NCBI GenBank assembly: GCA_965223345.1
Contig: CBDCWG010000012.1
Location: 2,080,001 to 2,144,000, forward strand
Source of the DNA: Nitrospinales bacterium
Lineage (GTDB): Bacteria > Nitrospinota > Nitrospinia > Nitrospinales > VA-1
Direction: 5' to 3'
DNA length: 64,000 nucleotides
Shown here: piece by piece, positions 50,316 through 62,117 of the stretch
How positions within the stretch are numbered: the stretch's first letter is position 1
Layout: each line of letters opens with the position of its first letter
Position numbers and translations under genes: made by a program
The notes under the pieces: model-generated
What the model saw: the letters and a program-made list of their open reading frames with translations, nothing else
Told to the model about the DNA's origin: nothing
Database searches by the model: none

Positions 50316-50354
50316 CGCGCGGGGTGGGCGAGGGGGGACTTGCCGCCGTTCGCT

Positions 50355-51023
50355 CTATTCCGGGGCGGGTTGAGCCGGAGTGCTGTCCCCGTTTTCCGGC
50401 GAATCGTTGCCGCCGTCCGCTTCATTCGCCGCGCCGGAGGGGGCTTTGGAGACCACCACTTGCGAGGGCCGCAAAATCCTGCCGTTCAGATGATAGCCTG
50501 TGGAGTATTCTTCGGTCACGGTGTTTTCTTCGTGTTCCCCGGATTCGATCTGACAGAGCGCTTCGTGCATGGAGGGATCGAAGGGTTTCCCCACCGCATC
50601 GATGCGTTCCACTTTCTGCTTGTCCAACAGATCCTCGAATTGTTTGAGGATCATCTGGACGCCTTCCTTGAGCGTTTCGACATCGGGGTTTTCGGCAGAG
50701 AGGGCGCGTTCCAGGTTGTCCTTGATCGGCAGAAGCTCCTTGAGGAGTTTTTCGTTGGCGAACTGCAGAAAATCCTCTTTTTCCTTTTTCAGGCGTTTTT
50801 TGAAGTTTTCCGTCTCCGCCACCATGCGCAGGTGTTCGTTGCGTTGCTCGGCCAGCTCGGCTTCCTTCTGGTCCAGTTGTTCTTTCAGGATGTCCAGCGG
50901 GTCCTTCAGCGGCTCGTCGTCCATGATCTCCGCTTCCGCGGTTTCCTCGTGGCCGTTGTCGTTCTGCTCAGAAGCAGCGGTCTCTTCGGGGGTGTCTTCG
51001 GTGTTTTCGATGGGGTCTTTCAA
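50355..51023 (-). CDS. grpE: nucleotide exchange factor GrpE
   Basis: AETENFKKR, DNLERAL, FDPSMHEA, GY.LNGRILRP; TTG start inferred. Confidence 0.93.
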   Translation of the reverse strand: MKDPIENTEDTPEETAASEQNDNGHEETAEAEIMDDEPLKDPLDILKEQLDQKEAELAEQRNEHLRMVAETENFKKRLKKEKEDFLQFANEKLLKELLPIKDNLERALSAENPDVETLKEGVQMILKQFEDLLDKQKVERIDAVGKPFDPSMHEALCQIESGEHEENTVTEEYSTGYHLNGRILRPSQVVVSKAPSGAANEADGGNDSPENGDSTPAQPAPE

Positions 51024-51028
51024 GGTGA

Positions 51029-52075
51029 TTATTTTTCCTTCGAGATCAAAGTGGAGACCGTTTTGGCGGTCTGGTTGACGATGGCAATGATGCGCTTGTA
51101 ATCCATGCGTTTGGGGCCGAAAACCGCGACGGTGCCGAGTTTCTCGTCCCCTTTCTGGTAATTCTGGGCGATCAGGCTGCACCCCTGCATTTCCTCGTTC
51201 AGGTTTTCCTCGCCGATGAGGATCGTCATGCCGTCGTGCTTGAGGCAATGATCCAGAAGCTGAACCAGTTTGGTTTTGTCTTCCAGCGTTTTGAGCAGCA
51301 CCTTGATCTGTTCCAGATCCGTGGTGAACTCCGGGTGGTCCAGGAGATTGAGCGCGCCCTGCACCAGAAGCGATCCTTCCTCTTCTTCGGAAAAAATGCG
51401 GGTGGACAGGTTCATGGCTTTTTTCATCAGCTGATTGTAATGCTCGCGCTCGTTTTTCAGCCGGTGCAGCAACTCGGCGCGGATCGACTGGATCGACTTG
51501 CCGCTGAACTCCTCGTTCAGATAATGCGAAATGGAGGTCAGTTGATCCTGGTTCATGCCCTTTTCGACCGGGATGATCTTGTTCTGCAATACGCCCATGT
51601 CGGAATAAAATACCGCCAGGGCCTTGTCCGCATCGACCTGCATGAACTCGATGTGTTTGAAAACGGTGTTCTGGAACGAAGGCAGCATGACCAGGCCGGT
51701 CTGGTTCGAACTCAGCGACAGGTCGGAACAGGCGGTTTCCAGCACCGATTGCAGGTTGCGGTCGCTGGCGATGCCGCGGAAGGATTCGGTCAGCGCCTCG
51801 GTTTCCTTGAGGAAACGCCGGGGCGACAGCAGCGTGTTCACGTAAAACCGGTATCCCTGGTCGGTGGGGACCCTGCCTGCGGACGTGTGCGGCTGATGCA
51901 GGTAGCCCAACTCTTCCAGATCCGCCATGACGTTGCGGATCGTGGCGGGGCTGAGTTTTTCGGAATGCTTTTTGGCGACGCTGCGCGAGCCCACGGGTTC
52001 GGCTTTTTGGATGTAGTCGTTGACCACTTCCAGAAGGATCGATTTTTTTCTTTCGTCTAATTGAAACTCATTCAT
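51029..52075 (-). CDS. hrcA: heat-inducible transcription repressor
   Basis: EPVGSR, SPATIRNVMADLE, HTSAGRVPT, GPKRMDY. Confidence 0.97.
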   Translation of the reverse strand: MNEFQLDERKKSILLEVVNDYIQKAEPVGSRSVAKKHSEKLSPATIRNVMADLEELGYLHQPHTSAGRVPTDQGYRFYVNTLLSPRRFLKETEALTESFRGIASDRNLQSVLETACSDLSLSSNQTGLVMLPSFQNTVFKHIEFMQVDADKALAVFYSDMGVLQNKIIPVEKGMNQDQLTSISHYLNEEFSGKSIQSIRAELLHRLKNEREHYNQLMKKAMNLSTRIFSEEEEGSLLVQGALNLLDHPEFTTDLEQIKVLLKTLEDKTKLVQLLDHCLKHDGMTILIGEENLNEEMQGCSLIAQNYQKGDEKLGTVAVFGPKRMDYKRIIAIVNQTAKTVSTLISKEK

Positions 52076-52125
52076 GGGGGTTTGGGCCGTCGTGGGCGGG
52101 GTATACTTAACCTTCTGTTTTACAT

Positions 52126-52154
52126 AACTTAGCAGTCCCCATGCCGGTTGTCAA
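52126..52154 (-). promoter_or_regulatory. hrcA promoter overlapping a degenerate CIRCE
   Basis: Minus strand TTGACA-N17-TAAGTT; plus strand TTAGCAGTC-N8-GGTTGTCAA versus consensus TTAGCACTC-N9-GAGTGCTAA. Confidence 0.6.
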
Positions 52155-52312
52155 TCGCGGGGCGGGCAGACGCATTTTTTCAAACCCTTGGGTGTCCGGT
52201 TGCTGACAAATCCCCGCACGCAACGCCAGGAATGAGGACGCTGCGGCGGGTGCGGCCGATATCGGAGCCGGGAACCGATTGCACGACCCGTAGCGGCGAC
52301 CACACGCGAAAC

Positions 52313-52987
52313 TCAGTCGATGAGTTTGTTGCGCAGCGCGTAGTGCGTCAGCTGGGCGTTGTTTTTCATCTGGAATTTTTCCATGATGCGCGTGCGATAC
52401 GTGCTGATGGTAGCCACGCTCAAGGAAAGGGATTTGGCGATTTCCGTGACGGTGTTGCCCGATGCGATCATGCAGAAGACCTGGTATTCCCGGTCGGACA
52501 GGTTTTCGTGCAGCGGGACCTCGGTTTTCTGTTCCAGGTCTTCCGCGAGCCGTTCGGCCAGGGTGGAGCTGATGTATTTCCGGCCGCTCGTGATGTGGCG
52601 GATGGCTTTCAGCAGCTCGGGGATGGAGCTTTCCTTGGTCAGGTAACCCGCCGCCCCCGCCTTCAAAAACCGCACGGCGTACTGTTCCTCGGGGTACATG
52701 GTGTAGATCAGCACCGCGGGTTGCGGATCTTTGTTTCGAATGGCTTTCAGGATATCGAGCGCCGAGGGGCCGGGCATGGCGATGTCGAGGATGATCAGGT
52801 TGCAGGCCACCTTGGGGAACTCCTCCAGCACCTCATTGCCCGACTCGACTTCGCAAACCACCTGCATGTCCGGTGTGTCCGCCAGAATTTCGTTCAGACC
52901 TTTGCGGACGATCGTGTGATCGTCGGCGATGAAAATTTTGATCGGTGCGTCCGTCGTCGTTTGATTCATGGTTGAAGGCTCAATCAT
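52313..52987 (-). CDS. NarL/LuxR-family response regulator
   Basis: ADDH, LDIAMPG, GYLTK, LSDRE HTH. Confidence 0.93.
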   Translation of the reverse strand: MIEPSTMNQTTTDAPIKIFIADDHTIVRKGLNEILADTPDMQVVCEVESGNEVLEEFPKVACNLIILDIAMPGPSALDILKAIRNKDPQPAVLIYTMYPEEQYAVRFLKAGAAGYLTKESSIPELLKAIRHITSGRKYISSTLAERLAEDLEQKTEVPLHENLSDREYQVFCMIASGNTVTEIAKSLSLSVATISTYRTRIMEKFQMKNNAQLTHYALRNKLID

Positions 52988-53104
52988 TCAATGCGTTTTT
53001 TCCGTTCGTGGATGCACTGCCTGAAACAAGGGGTCATGCGTGCTTGATTATAAGTCATTATTCGCAGCGAAAAACCGGGTTTTTTTGTGCGCTGTCTCCT
53101 CATT

Positions 53105-55558
53105 CTATTCCGAATAGGCGGGTTCTTTCACCGGCAGCCGCAGCAGGACCCGCGTGCCTTTGTCCGGGGCGCCCTCGATAGTCAGTTCTCCACCGAAATT
53201 GAGCGCGCGTTCCCGCATTCCCAGTAATCCCAGTGAGTTGGGATTGCGGATCTGTTCTTTCGTCACTCCCTTGCCGTCGTCCCAGACCTCCAGCGTCAGG
53301 CTGGAGTCGCTGCGGTTGAGATGGATGTGCACCTGGGTCGCGTCCGCGTGGCGGGCCACATTGGTCAGCGTCTCCTGAAACAGGCGGAACACCGCCGTGG
53401 CCCGCTCCGAATCCAGCGCGATGTGCTCGGGGGAACATTGAATGTGGCACCGGATACCCGTCATCTTTTCGAATTCCGTGGTCTGCCATTCGATGGCTTC
53501 GCAGATCCCCAGCACGTCCAGCACGTCCGGCCGCAGGTTGGAGCAGAACTTGCGCACCGTGCGGATGATGGAATCGACCAGTTGATCCATGGAGTGGATT
53601 TTCCCCAGCACCGAATCGGGTTCCCGGTAGACCCTTTTTTCCATCCAGGCGAGGTCGAACTTCAATCCGGTCAGCATCTGGCCGATCTGGTCGTGCACTT
53701 CCCGCGCGATGTTGGTTCGCTCTTCTTCGCGGATCTTTTCCAGCCGGTTGGTGTGGTTGCGCAGCTGTTCGCGCGATCGTTCCAGATCCTCCTGAATCCG
53801 CAGCCGTTTCAACTCCGCGTCGGCGCGGATGGCGAACAGGGAAAGGATCGCCATGATCTCCTTGGAATACTCGATGGGCTTGTCGTCCATGACCACGAGC
53901 TGGCCGATGGGGACGCCCGCTTCGTTGAACAGGGGCACGCCGAGATAGCTTTTGACGCCCTTTTTCCACAGGGAGGGGTCCACGAAGTACTGATCGTCGA
54001 AACCGTCGAGATAAAACACCGACGCCCCCTGCAGGACAGTTTCGCACGGGGTCTCCTGCAGCGTGAACTCCCGGTTCGGCACGTTTTCCCCGTCCATGTA
54101 CAGGGCGAGGGTGCGGAAGGTCCTGGGATCCGACGCGTCCCCCGTTTGCGCGAGATACGAATAGCGGAAGCCCAGGTTGGAAGCCAGGTGATAGACCAGG
54201 TTTTGAAAGAAGTTTTCTCCCGAGATGGCGCGGGAGGTTCCGGCCAGCACGCCGGACAACTGCTGATACAGGGAGCGGTATTTCCCCCGGCTTTCTTTCA
54301 GCAGGTCCGCCTGCAGCCGCCGTTCCGTGATGTCCACGCCCACGCTCCAGGCCTCCCAGCCGGGGATGGGAAAACGGTCGGAGAGGTTGGACCAGGCGAT
54401 GGTGCGCACGCCGCCGTTTTTGCAGGCGATGTTCGACTCCCAGTCCCGGTAGTGGACCCCGCGGTTTTTCCACAGGTTCAGCATGTGCGCCCCGAACACC
54501 GGGTCCGGATAAGACCATTTGCGCTTGCCCGAGGTGACGATGACTTCGTCGGCGCTGTAGCCGGTAACCCGTTCGCATTCGCGGTTCCAGGCGACGATGC
54601 GGCCTTCGGAGTCGAACGCTTCCATGAGGATCGGCATGTTCTGGATCACCTTGCGCAGGCGTTCCTCGCTTTGGCGCAGGGCATCGACGGCGCTTTTTTC
54701 GTGCTCGTGGCTCCGGTGTGCGGTGATCAGCGTGGCGCAGGTGTCGAGAAACGGTTGCAGAAACCGCACCAGCCCTGCGCTGTAGCCTCCCTTGCGGTTG
54801 GCCATGCCGGCCACGCCGACGAGGGTGTCTCCCTGGTAGATGGGCAGGCCGAGAAAGGCGCGCAGGGGAGGGAGCTCCGGCGGCAGTTCGTCCTCTTTGA
54901 CGACGCTCTGCGGATCGTTCTCGATCACCGGTTTGCCCGTTTTGACGGCGCGCCCGAACAGCGTGTTCAGGTTGTTCCAGTCCATCTCGGTGTCTTCCGG
55001 GATGGCGCCGGAATCCGTGGCTTTTTCGCCGTCTGCGGTGTTGGCAAGTAGGTGCATCTTCAAATACCGCGAGCCGTCGGAACGGCGGGCGAGTTCGGAG
55101 ATGAAGGCGAATTCGCTTTGCGTCAGGGAGAGGATCTTCTGCATCAGGTTGCGAAACAGCGTGCGGGTCTCTTTGTGGCTGAAATAATGCGATTGCGCCT
55201 GGCGGATGGAATTGAGGAGCAGGTTGGACAGTTTGAGTTCGGACTGCCGCTGCCAGATGATGAGGCCCAGCGAAGCCGCGATCCAGATGGCGAACAGGGA
55301 CAGGGACCGGTTCAGGAAGATCTTGATGAATTCCCCGCCGGGCGGGGACAGAAAATATCCCAGCACGGTGAAAATCGAGCCGGCCAGCGCGGCGTAGAGG
55401 AAATAGTTGCGGTTGCGCGCCCACAGGCCGGGAATGATGAGAACGATGTAGGGGATGCCGCCGGCGATGCCGAGTTCCAGACTCAGGTCGATCAAAAAGC
55501 AAATCGACAGCAGGATCAATCCGGAACCGTAAATGACTGTGTCGTTTCGCTCCCTCAT
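53105..55558 (-). CDS. membrane sensor histidine kinase (GAF-PAS-GAF-HisKA_3)
   Basis: N-terminal TMs, ERTNIAREVHDQIGQ, QETLTNVARHA, DDGKG, GLLGMRERA. Confidence 0.93.
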   Translation of the reverse strand: MRERNDTVIYGSGLILLSICFLIDLSLELGIAGGIPYIVLIIPGLWARNRNYFLYAALAGSIFTVLGYFLSPPGGEFIKIFLNRSLSLFAIWIAASLGLIIWQRQSELKLSNLLLNSIRQAQSHYFSHKETRTLFRNLMQKILSLTQSEFAFISELARRSDGSRYLKMHLLANTADGEKATDSGAIPEDTEMDWNNLNTLFGRAVKTGKPVIENDPQSVVKEDELPPELPPLRAFLGLPIYQGDTLVGVAGMANRKGGYSAGLVRFLQPFLDTCATLITAHRSHEHEKSAVDALRQSEERLRKVIQNMPILMEAFDSEGRIVAWNRECERVTGYSADEVIVTSGKRKWSYPDPVFGAHMLNLWKNRGVHYRDWESNIACKNGGVRTIAWSNLSDRFPIPGWEAWSVGVDITERRLQADLLKESRGKYRSLYQQLSGVLAGTSRAISGENFFQNLVYHLASNLGFRYSYLAQTGDASDPRTFRTLALYMDGENVPNREFTLQETPCETVLQGASVFYLDGFDDQYFVDPSLWKKGVKSYLGVPLFNEAGVPIGQLVVMDDKPIEYSKEIMAILSLFAIRADAELKRLRIQEDLERSREQLRNHTNRLEKIREEERTNIAREVHDQIGQMLTGLKFDLAWMEKRVYREPDSVLGKIHSMDQLVDSIIRTVRKFCSNLRPDVLDVLGICEAIEWQTTEFEKMTGIRCHIQCSPEHIALDSERATAVFRLFQETLTNVARHADATQVHIHLNRSDSSLTLEVWDDGKGVTKEQIRNPNSLGLLGMRERALNFGGELTIEGAPDKGTRVLLRLPVKEPAYSE

Positions 55559-55811
55559 GCCACATCTGGGTGGATATCAGGATGTCTGTATCCTTTATCC
55601 AGCTTGAAAAGTCATGAATCAGAGAACCCCCGCGGAATCGCGTCCGCATTGAGGGTGCAATGTCCGCATTTTAATGTTGAGGGGATGGCCCATATTACTG
55701 CGAAAGCAAGGCTTTGCAAAGGGAAATGGCGGCTTGAGGGGAATGCGGGAAGAGGGGCGGCGCTGCAAAGGGGTTGATAATCCGGAGAAAATCTTTAAGA
55801 AAGAGAATCGC

Positions 55812-56696
55812 TCAGGTTTCGACGATCTGGGTGCCGATGCCTTTTTCGGTGAAGATTTCCAGGATCAGCGAGTGCTTGACGCGCCCGTCGATGATGTGGG
55901 TTTTGTGGACGCCTTTCTTGAGGGCGTCGAGGCAGCATTGGACTTTCGGCAGCATGCCGTCTTTGATCACGCCGGATTTGATCAGCTGCCCGGCTTTGCG
56001 CCGGGTCAGGCCGGAGAGCAGGGTTTTCTTCTTGTCGAGGACGCCGGGGGTGTCGGTCATCAGGACCAGCTTTTCCGCTTTCAGCGCCGAGGCGATCTCC
56101 GCGGCGACGAAATCGGCGTTGATGTTCAGCGTTTCCTGTTTTTCTCCCTTGCCGATCGGCGCGATCACCGGGATGAACTCGTTCGCATCCAGCACCTCGA
56201 GAATCCTCGGGTTCACCTGGGTGATCTCTCCGACCAGGCCGAGATCGATGATTTCCGGGCGCGTGGTTTCCGGGGATTTTTTGACCTTGCGGTGGCGCTT
56301 GGCCTGAATCAGCTCGCCGTCTTTGCCGGTGATGCCCACGGCGTTGCCGCCCTGGCGGTTGATGAGGGACACGATCTCCTTGTTGACCTTGCCGCCCAGC
56401 ACCATCTCGACCACGTCGAGGGTCTTCGCGTCGGTCACCCGTTGCCCGGCCACGAATTTCGAGGGAATGCCGAGCGCGTCCAGGGTGTCGCCGATCTGCG
56501 GGCCGCCGCCGTGCACGATGACGGGATTGATGCCCACGTATTTCATGAGGACGATGTCCTGGGCGAAATTTTCCTTCAGTTCGGCGGAAACCATCGCGTT
56601 GCCGCCGTATTTGATGACGATGGTTTTGTCGTAGAACTGCTTGATGAACGGCAGCGCTTCGAGCAGGATTTCGGCTTTCTGGATGCTTTTTTTCAC
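55812..56696 (-). CDS. argB: acetylglutamate kinase
   Basis: KYGGNAM, HGGGPQI, NINAD, GMLPK. Confidence 0.97.
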   Translation of the reverse strand: MKKSIQKAEILLEALPFIKQFYDKTIVIKYGGNAMVSAELKENFAQDIVLMKYVGINPVIVHGGGPQIGDTLDALGIPSKFVAGQRVTDAKTLDVVEMVLGGKVNKEIVSLINRQGGNAVGITGKDGELIQAKRHRKVKKSPETTRPEIIDLGLVGEITQVNPRILEVLDANEFIPVIAPIGKGEKQETLNINADFVAAEIASALKAEKLVLMTDTPGVLDKKKTLLSGLTRRKAGQLIKSGVIKDGMLPKVQCCLDALKKGVHKTHIIDGRVKHSLILEIFTEKGIGTQIVET

Positions 56697-56836
56697 GGAG
56701 TGTTCACGGCGATCGGCAGGCCCGGCCGGAGCCCGTCCGGATGAATGGGAGCCCGGCGCGGCCTGCGCGGGCGTTTCAAATGCAACTCGAGTTTCTTAAC
56801 GGCAGCTCGGCGGCCGATATTGACCGGACGGGCGCG

Positions 56837-58243
<1,407 letters not shown>

Positions 58244-58247
58244 GAAA

Positions 58248-58775
58248 CTACAACTCCTCGATGGTGATGTTTGAATTGGTGTAAATGCAGATCGACTGGG
58301 CGATGTCCATCGACTCTTCAACGATGGCGCGCGCGTCGAGCTCGGAATGCTTGAGCAGCGACTTCGCCGCCGCCAGCGCGAACATGCCGCCGGAACCGAT
58401 CGCCAGAATGCCGTCGTCGGGCTCGATCACGTCCCCGGTTCCCGACACCAGCAGGGAATGGTCCTTGTCCGCGACGATCAGCATGGCTTCCAGCCGCCGC
58501 AGCATCTTGTCGGTGCGCCAGTCCTTGGCGAGCTCGACGGCGGAGCGGGGCAGGTTGCCCTGAAATTTTTCCAGCTTCTCCTCGAAGCGGGCGAACAGGG
58601 AAAACGCGTCGGCGGTCGATCCGGCGAATCCGCCGATGACTTTGCCCTGGTGCATTTTCCGCACCTTGGAGGCCTTGTGCTTCATGACGGTGTTGCCGAG
58701 CGAAACCTGGCCGTCGCCGCCCATGGCGACCTTGCCCTTGTGTCTCACAGATAGAATGGTGGTTGCGTGCATCAT
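58248..58775 (-). CDS. hslV: ATP-dependent protease peptidase subunit
   Basis: TTIL, GDGQV, GFAG, IGSGG, CIYTN. Confidence 0.97.
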   Translation of the reverse strand: MMHATTILSVRHKGKVAMGGDGQVSLGNTVMKHKASKVRKMHQGKVIGGFAGSTADAFSLFARFEEKLEKFQGNLPRSAVELAKDWRTDKMLRRLEAMLIVADKDHSLLVSGTGDVIEPDDGILAIGSGGMFALAAAKSLLKHSELDARAIVEESMDIAQSICIYTNSNITIEEL

Positions 58776-58838
58776 GGAATCAGGGATCTTTCCGGTTGTG
58801 TTAATTATAGAGACCGTTTGCGTAAAAAGGATTCCGGC

Positions 58839-59767
58839 TCAGTCTTTTTCTGGCGGCTCGGCCCGGGGATGTGTCCTGTCGTAGGTTTCCGTCAGCCGGT
58901 CGATGGTCAAATGCGTGTATTTCTGGGTTGTGGACAAACTCGCGTGTCCCAGCATTTCCTGGATGGATCTCAGGTCGGCGCCGGCGTCCAGCATGTGGGT
59001 CGCAAAGGAATGTCTCAAGGAATGCGGAGAGATTCCACCCGGAAACGGGCGTTGCCGGACGTATTTATCGACGATCTTGCGCACGCCGCGGTCGGTGATT
59101 TCCCCGCCGCGCAGATTCAGAAACACTTTTGCTTTGGGAGCGGAACGCGATTTTTTCAGCTGCGCTTCCCGCGCCTCAAGATAGGTCTGCAACGCCTTGA
59201 GGGCCTTTTTGCCCAGCGGCACCAGCCGTTCCTTTTTCCCTTTGCCCAATACCTTAACCATTCGGTCCTTCAGGTGCAAGTCCTTCATGCCCAGCCCAAC
59301 CAGTTCGCCGATGCGGATGCCGGTGCTGTAGAACAGCTCCAGGATGGCCCGGTCCGGTGACCGGCGAGCGACTCTTTTTCCGGCAGTTCCAGAAGCGTGA
59401 ACACCTCGTCCACCGACAGGTACGCCGGCAGTTTCTGAGCTTTGCGGGGGGAGGGGATGGCTTTGGCGACATTCGCCGCCAGCACGCCCTCGCGGCAGAG
59501 AAACTTGCAGAACGAACGCAGGCTGGAGAGTTTGCGCGCCACGCTGGCGGCGCTCAGGGAGCGGCTGTACAGATACGCCAGGTAGGATCGAATGGCAATA
59601 TTATCAATGCGTTGAACCTGAACCACCTCGTTTTCGCAGGCGTGCCCGGTTTCTTGCAGAAACCGCTCGAACTGGGCGAGGTCCAAAAGGTAATGCGTCG
59701 CGGTGTGGCGGGATGCGTTTTTCTCGGCGATCAGGTATGATTGGAACGCTTGGATATGGTTTTCCAA
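58839..59767 (-). pseudogene. xerC: tyrosine recombinase XerC split by a 1-nt frameshift near 59355 (real or a sequencing error)
   Basis: N-half (59285-59767) and C-half (58839-59288) join to RDRAILELFYSTGIR...HSLRHSFATH...LGH...TQKY if one G is restored; sits upstream of hslVU. Confidence 0.85.
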
Positions 59768-59796
59768 GGTGCAACTCCTTTTATATCAAGAGTATC

Positions 59797-59825
59797 AATC
59801 TAACCGACTCCCTGGGGGAAGTCAA
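59797..59825 (-). promoter_or_regulatory. candidate sigma70 promoter of xerC-hslVU
   Basis: TTGACT-N17-TAGATT on the minus strand. Confidence 0.5.
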
Positions 59826-59951
59826 GGCGGCGCAACGGGGCGGGGACGCCGGAGGCAGCCCGAAATGCGGGGCCGGCGATGATTTTTTGCAATTTATCCG
59901 CGCCAGCGTCATCCAATGCAGTAAGCCAACTTTTATCGTGAAGGGAACGCA

Positions 59952-60524
59952 ATGGCAACTCAGAACCCGCAGGGCGATCTGGAACGGCAGATCAATCAGG
60001 CCCGGGAGAACCTCAGGGTGGTCTCGGAATTGAGGGAAAAACTGGAAATCCTCACCGAACACGTGGAATCGCGCAAGGAAGCCCTGGAAGAGGAGATCGA
60101 GGAAAGCCTGCACGAGGCCATCCGCAACGGCCGCGATTCTCTGGAAAAGATCCAGGAAAACATCGAACCCAAGCTGGAGAAGGTCATCCGCAGCAAGCTG
60201 GAAGAAATCGATGTGAAAATGAAGGTCTGGAAGGAAGAGGGGCTGCTCGCGGTGCGGGAAGAGCTGAAAAAAGAGACCCCCGCTCTCACCAAGAACGTGC
60301 TCGCGGAGCTGGACAACATTATCGTGGAAAAAATGAAAGCGGCGCAGATGCAGCTTTCGACGAACCTTAAAGAGGAGGTGCGGGCGGATTTCGAGGCCGC
60401 GCTGAAACCCTTCAAGGAAACGATGAACGAGGAAATCCAGCGCACCGGCAAGCTGACGATTTTCGCTTTATTGCTGTCCGCCGTCACGATGGCCGGGGTG
60501 GGGATGCTGCTGCTGATGCGCTGA
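59952..60524 (+). CDS. coiled-coil protein with C-terminal membrane anchor
   Basis: E/K/L-rich helical sequence, C-terminal TM. Confidence 0.75.
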   Translation: MATQNPQGDLERQINQARENLRVVSELREKLEILTEHVESRKEALEEEIEESLHEAIRNGRDSLEKIQENIEPKLEKVIRSKLEEIDVKMKVWKEEGLLAVREELKKETPALTKNVLAELDNIIVEKMKAAQMQLSTNLKEEVRADFEAALKPFKETMNEEIQRTGKLTIFALLLSAVTMAGVGMLLLMR

Positions 60525-60526
60525 GG

Positions 60527-60700
60527 TCAGGTGATCAGCCAGAACAGGAAGAAAAACAGGATTCCCGACAGGATCACCTGCCAGATGAAATCGAAGCCCG
60601 GTCCGGTGAACAAAATGAGGACCGTGCAGATGGAAAGGATGACGAAGGCGATGATCAGCCGGGTGCGTCTCTTGAGAATCGGTTTGGGAGACTCTTCCAT
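60527..60700 (-). CDS. 57-aa two-TM small protein
   Basis: MEESPKPILKRRTRLIIAFVILSICTVLILFTGPGFDFIWQVILSGILFFFLFWLIT*; AAGGA upstream; not in the ORF track. Confidence 0.6.
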   Translation of the reverse strand: MEESPKPILKRRTRLIIAFVILSICTVLILFTGPGFDFIWQVILSGILFFFLFWLIT

Positions 60701-60741
60701 CCTTGGAATCCTTCAGCGAAAAAAGACACCCTTTTTGGCCA

Positions 60742-61239
60742 TCATCGAAACAGCTTCTTCATTTCCTGCACCAGCAGAATGTCCTCGGCCTCGGAAATCA
60801 CGCAGTCGGCGGAAAACTGATTTTCCTCCAGCGCATCCGGCTCCTCGCTGAAGATGGATTTTTTCGGGATCCCCAGCCGCGGGTAGGTGTCCAGATAATC
60901 CTGAATCGCATCGACGCTGAACGTTTCCTTGATCTCTTCGAGGAAGGTGTCGTGCACCTTCTCCAGGTGGCAGATCTTCTCCAGCAGTTCTTTGTAGTTC
61001 GAACCGAGCGTCAGGGCGAAGCTCAATTTATAGGCGTTTTCCTGATACTCGGGCGGGTGGTTGCCGGAATCGTTTTTTTCCTGGTAGAGAAACTTCAACT
61101 GATATTGAAACTTGTTCAGCTTGTACAGGTTGCGGGAAAACTTTTCCCCGATCAGATAATCCAGACCCGCCCGAATGCCTTCTTCCTGAGCGATTTCCCG
61201 AGCTTCTTCGCAGTAATTTTTGATTTGTTTGGGGGTCAT
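60742..61239 (-). CDS. hypothetical protein
   Basis: 165-aa acidic ORF with GAGG RBS. Confidence 0.65.
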   Translation of the reverse strand: MTPKQIKNYCEEAREIAQEEGIRAGLDYLIGEKFSRNLYKLNKFQYQLKFLYQEKNDSGNHPPEYQENAYKLSFALTLGSNYKELLEKICHLEKVHDTFLEEIKETFSVDAIQDYLDTYPRLGIPKKSIFSEEPDALEENQFSADCVISEAEDILLVQEMKKLFR

Positions 61240-61443
61240 AAGACAGCGGTTTCCTCTCGACGGATCAATGAATCATTCCGGGTTGGGGGCATCCTGGAAA
61301 TTTAAATTGGGTTCCGTCTTTGTAGCTTTTAATCCCGCGGATGTAAACAATAATTTTCACCGCACCGGGAAATCCTCTGTGAAATTGAGGAGAAAGAATT
61401 TCGCGCGGCGAACGCACCGGTGCGGACAAGCGAACGCGGCGTG

Positions 61444-62043
61444 TCAGGAGTCCCAGGAACGGAAACTTTTTCGGGAATGGACGCGGGCGCACAGGTAGGC
61501 GAGATATCGGGTGAGGGAATGGAAAAAGCCCTCGTTTCCCTCGATGGGACGGACGTAGATGAAGCGCATTCCGGCGGAAAGGGCGCCCGCATCGGTGACG
61601 TAATTGTCTCCCACCATGCACACCTTCGCGGGGTCGGACAGGTGCAGGTGATTCTTCATCGCCGCTTCGAACCCCTTGGGGTCGGGCTTCGGGGCGGCTT
61701 CGCGCACAATTTCCACGTTTTCAAACTGCTGAAAACGATCCTCGCTGGAGTTGGTGTAGATGGCGACGCGAAAGCCCTTTTGCAGCATCTCCCGCACCTT
61801 CTCCACCACCGAATCGGGGTAGACCCGGCAGTGGTGCATTCCCAGCGTGCCGTCGGCGTCCAGCAGGATGCCCTCCACGCCCTCCTCGATGAGGCGGTCG
61901 AGCGGCAGATCCTCGATGCGTTGCAGCGCCAGGTCGGTTTTCAGGTGCGCCGGGCAGAAAGGCAGCGTCAAAAACCGCCAGACTTTGCCGAAGGTCAGCC
62001 CTTCACGGGAGGAAATGCTTTTGCGGGCAATTGTTTTGGGCAT
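61444..62043 (-). CDS. YqeG-like HAD-IIIA phosphatase
   Basis: DADGTL, TN, KP, VGDNYVTD. Confidence 0.85.
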   Translation of the reverse strand: MPKTIARKSISSREGLTFGKVWRFLTLPFCPAHLKTDLALQRIEDLPLDRLIEEGVEGILLDADGTLGMHHCRVYPDSVVEKVREMLQKGFRVAIYTNSSEDRFQQFENVEIVREAAPKPDPKGFEAAMKNHLHLSDPAKVCMVGDNYVTDAGALSAGMRFIYVRPIEGNEGFFHSLTRYLAYLCARVHSRKSFRSWDS

Positions 62044-62117
62044 GCGATTGTGAGAGTATTGGCAGGATCCAAGGGGTTCAACGGGTTGATTATCTGTTCT
62101 GGCCGGGACAATAGCAA

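Noticed and set aside
51024..51248. N-terminal extension of grpE given by the ORF track
   Set aside because: Overlaps the hrcA 3' end; TTG at 51023 gives a normal-length GrpE.
53100..55649. 849-aa minus-strand ORF overlapping the histidine kinase
   Set aside because: Alternative frame of the kinase gene with Arg/Pro/Gly-rich, motif-free composition.
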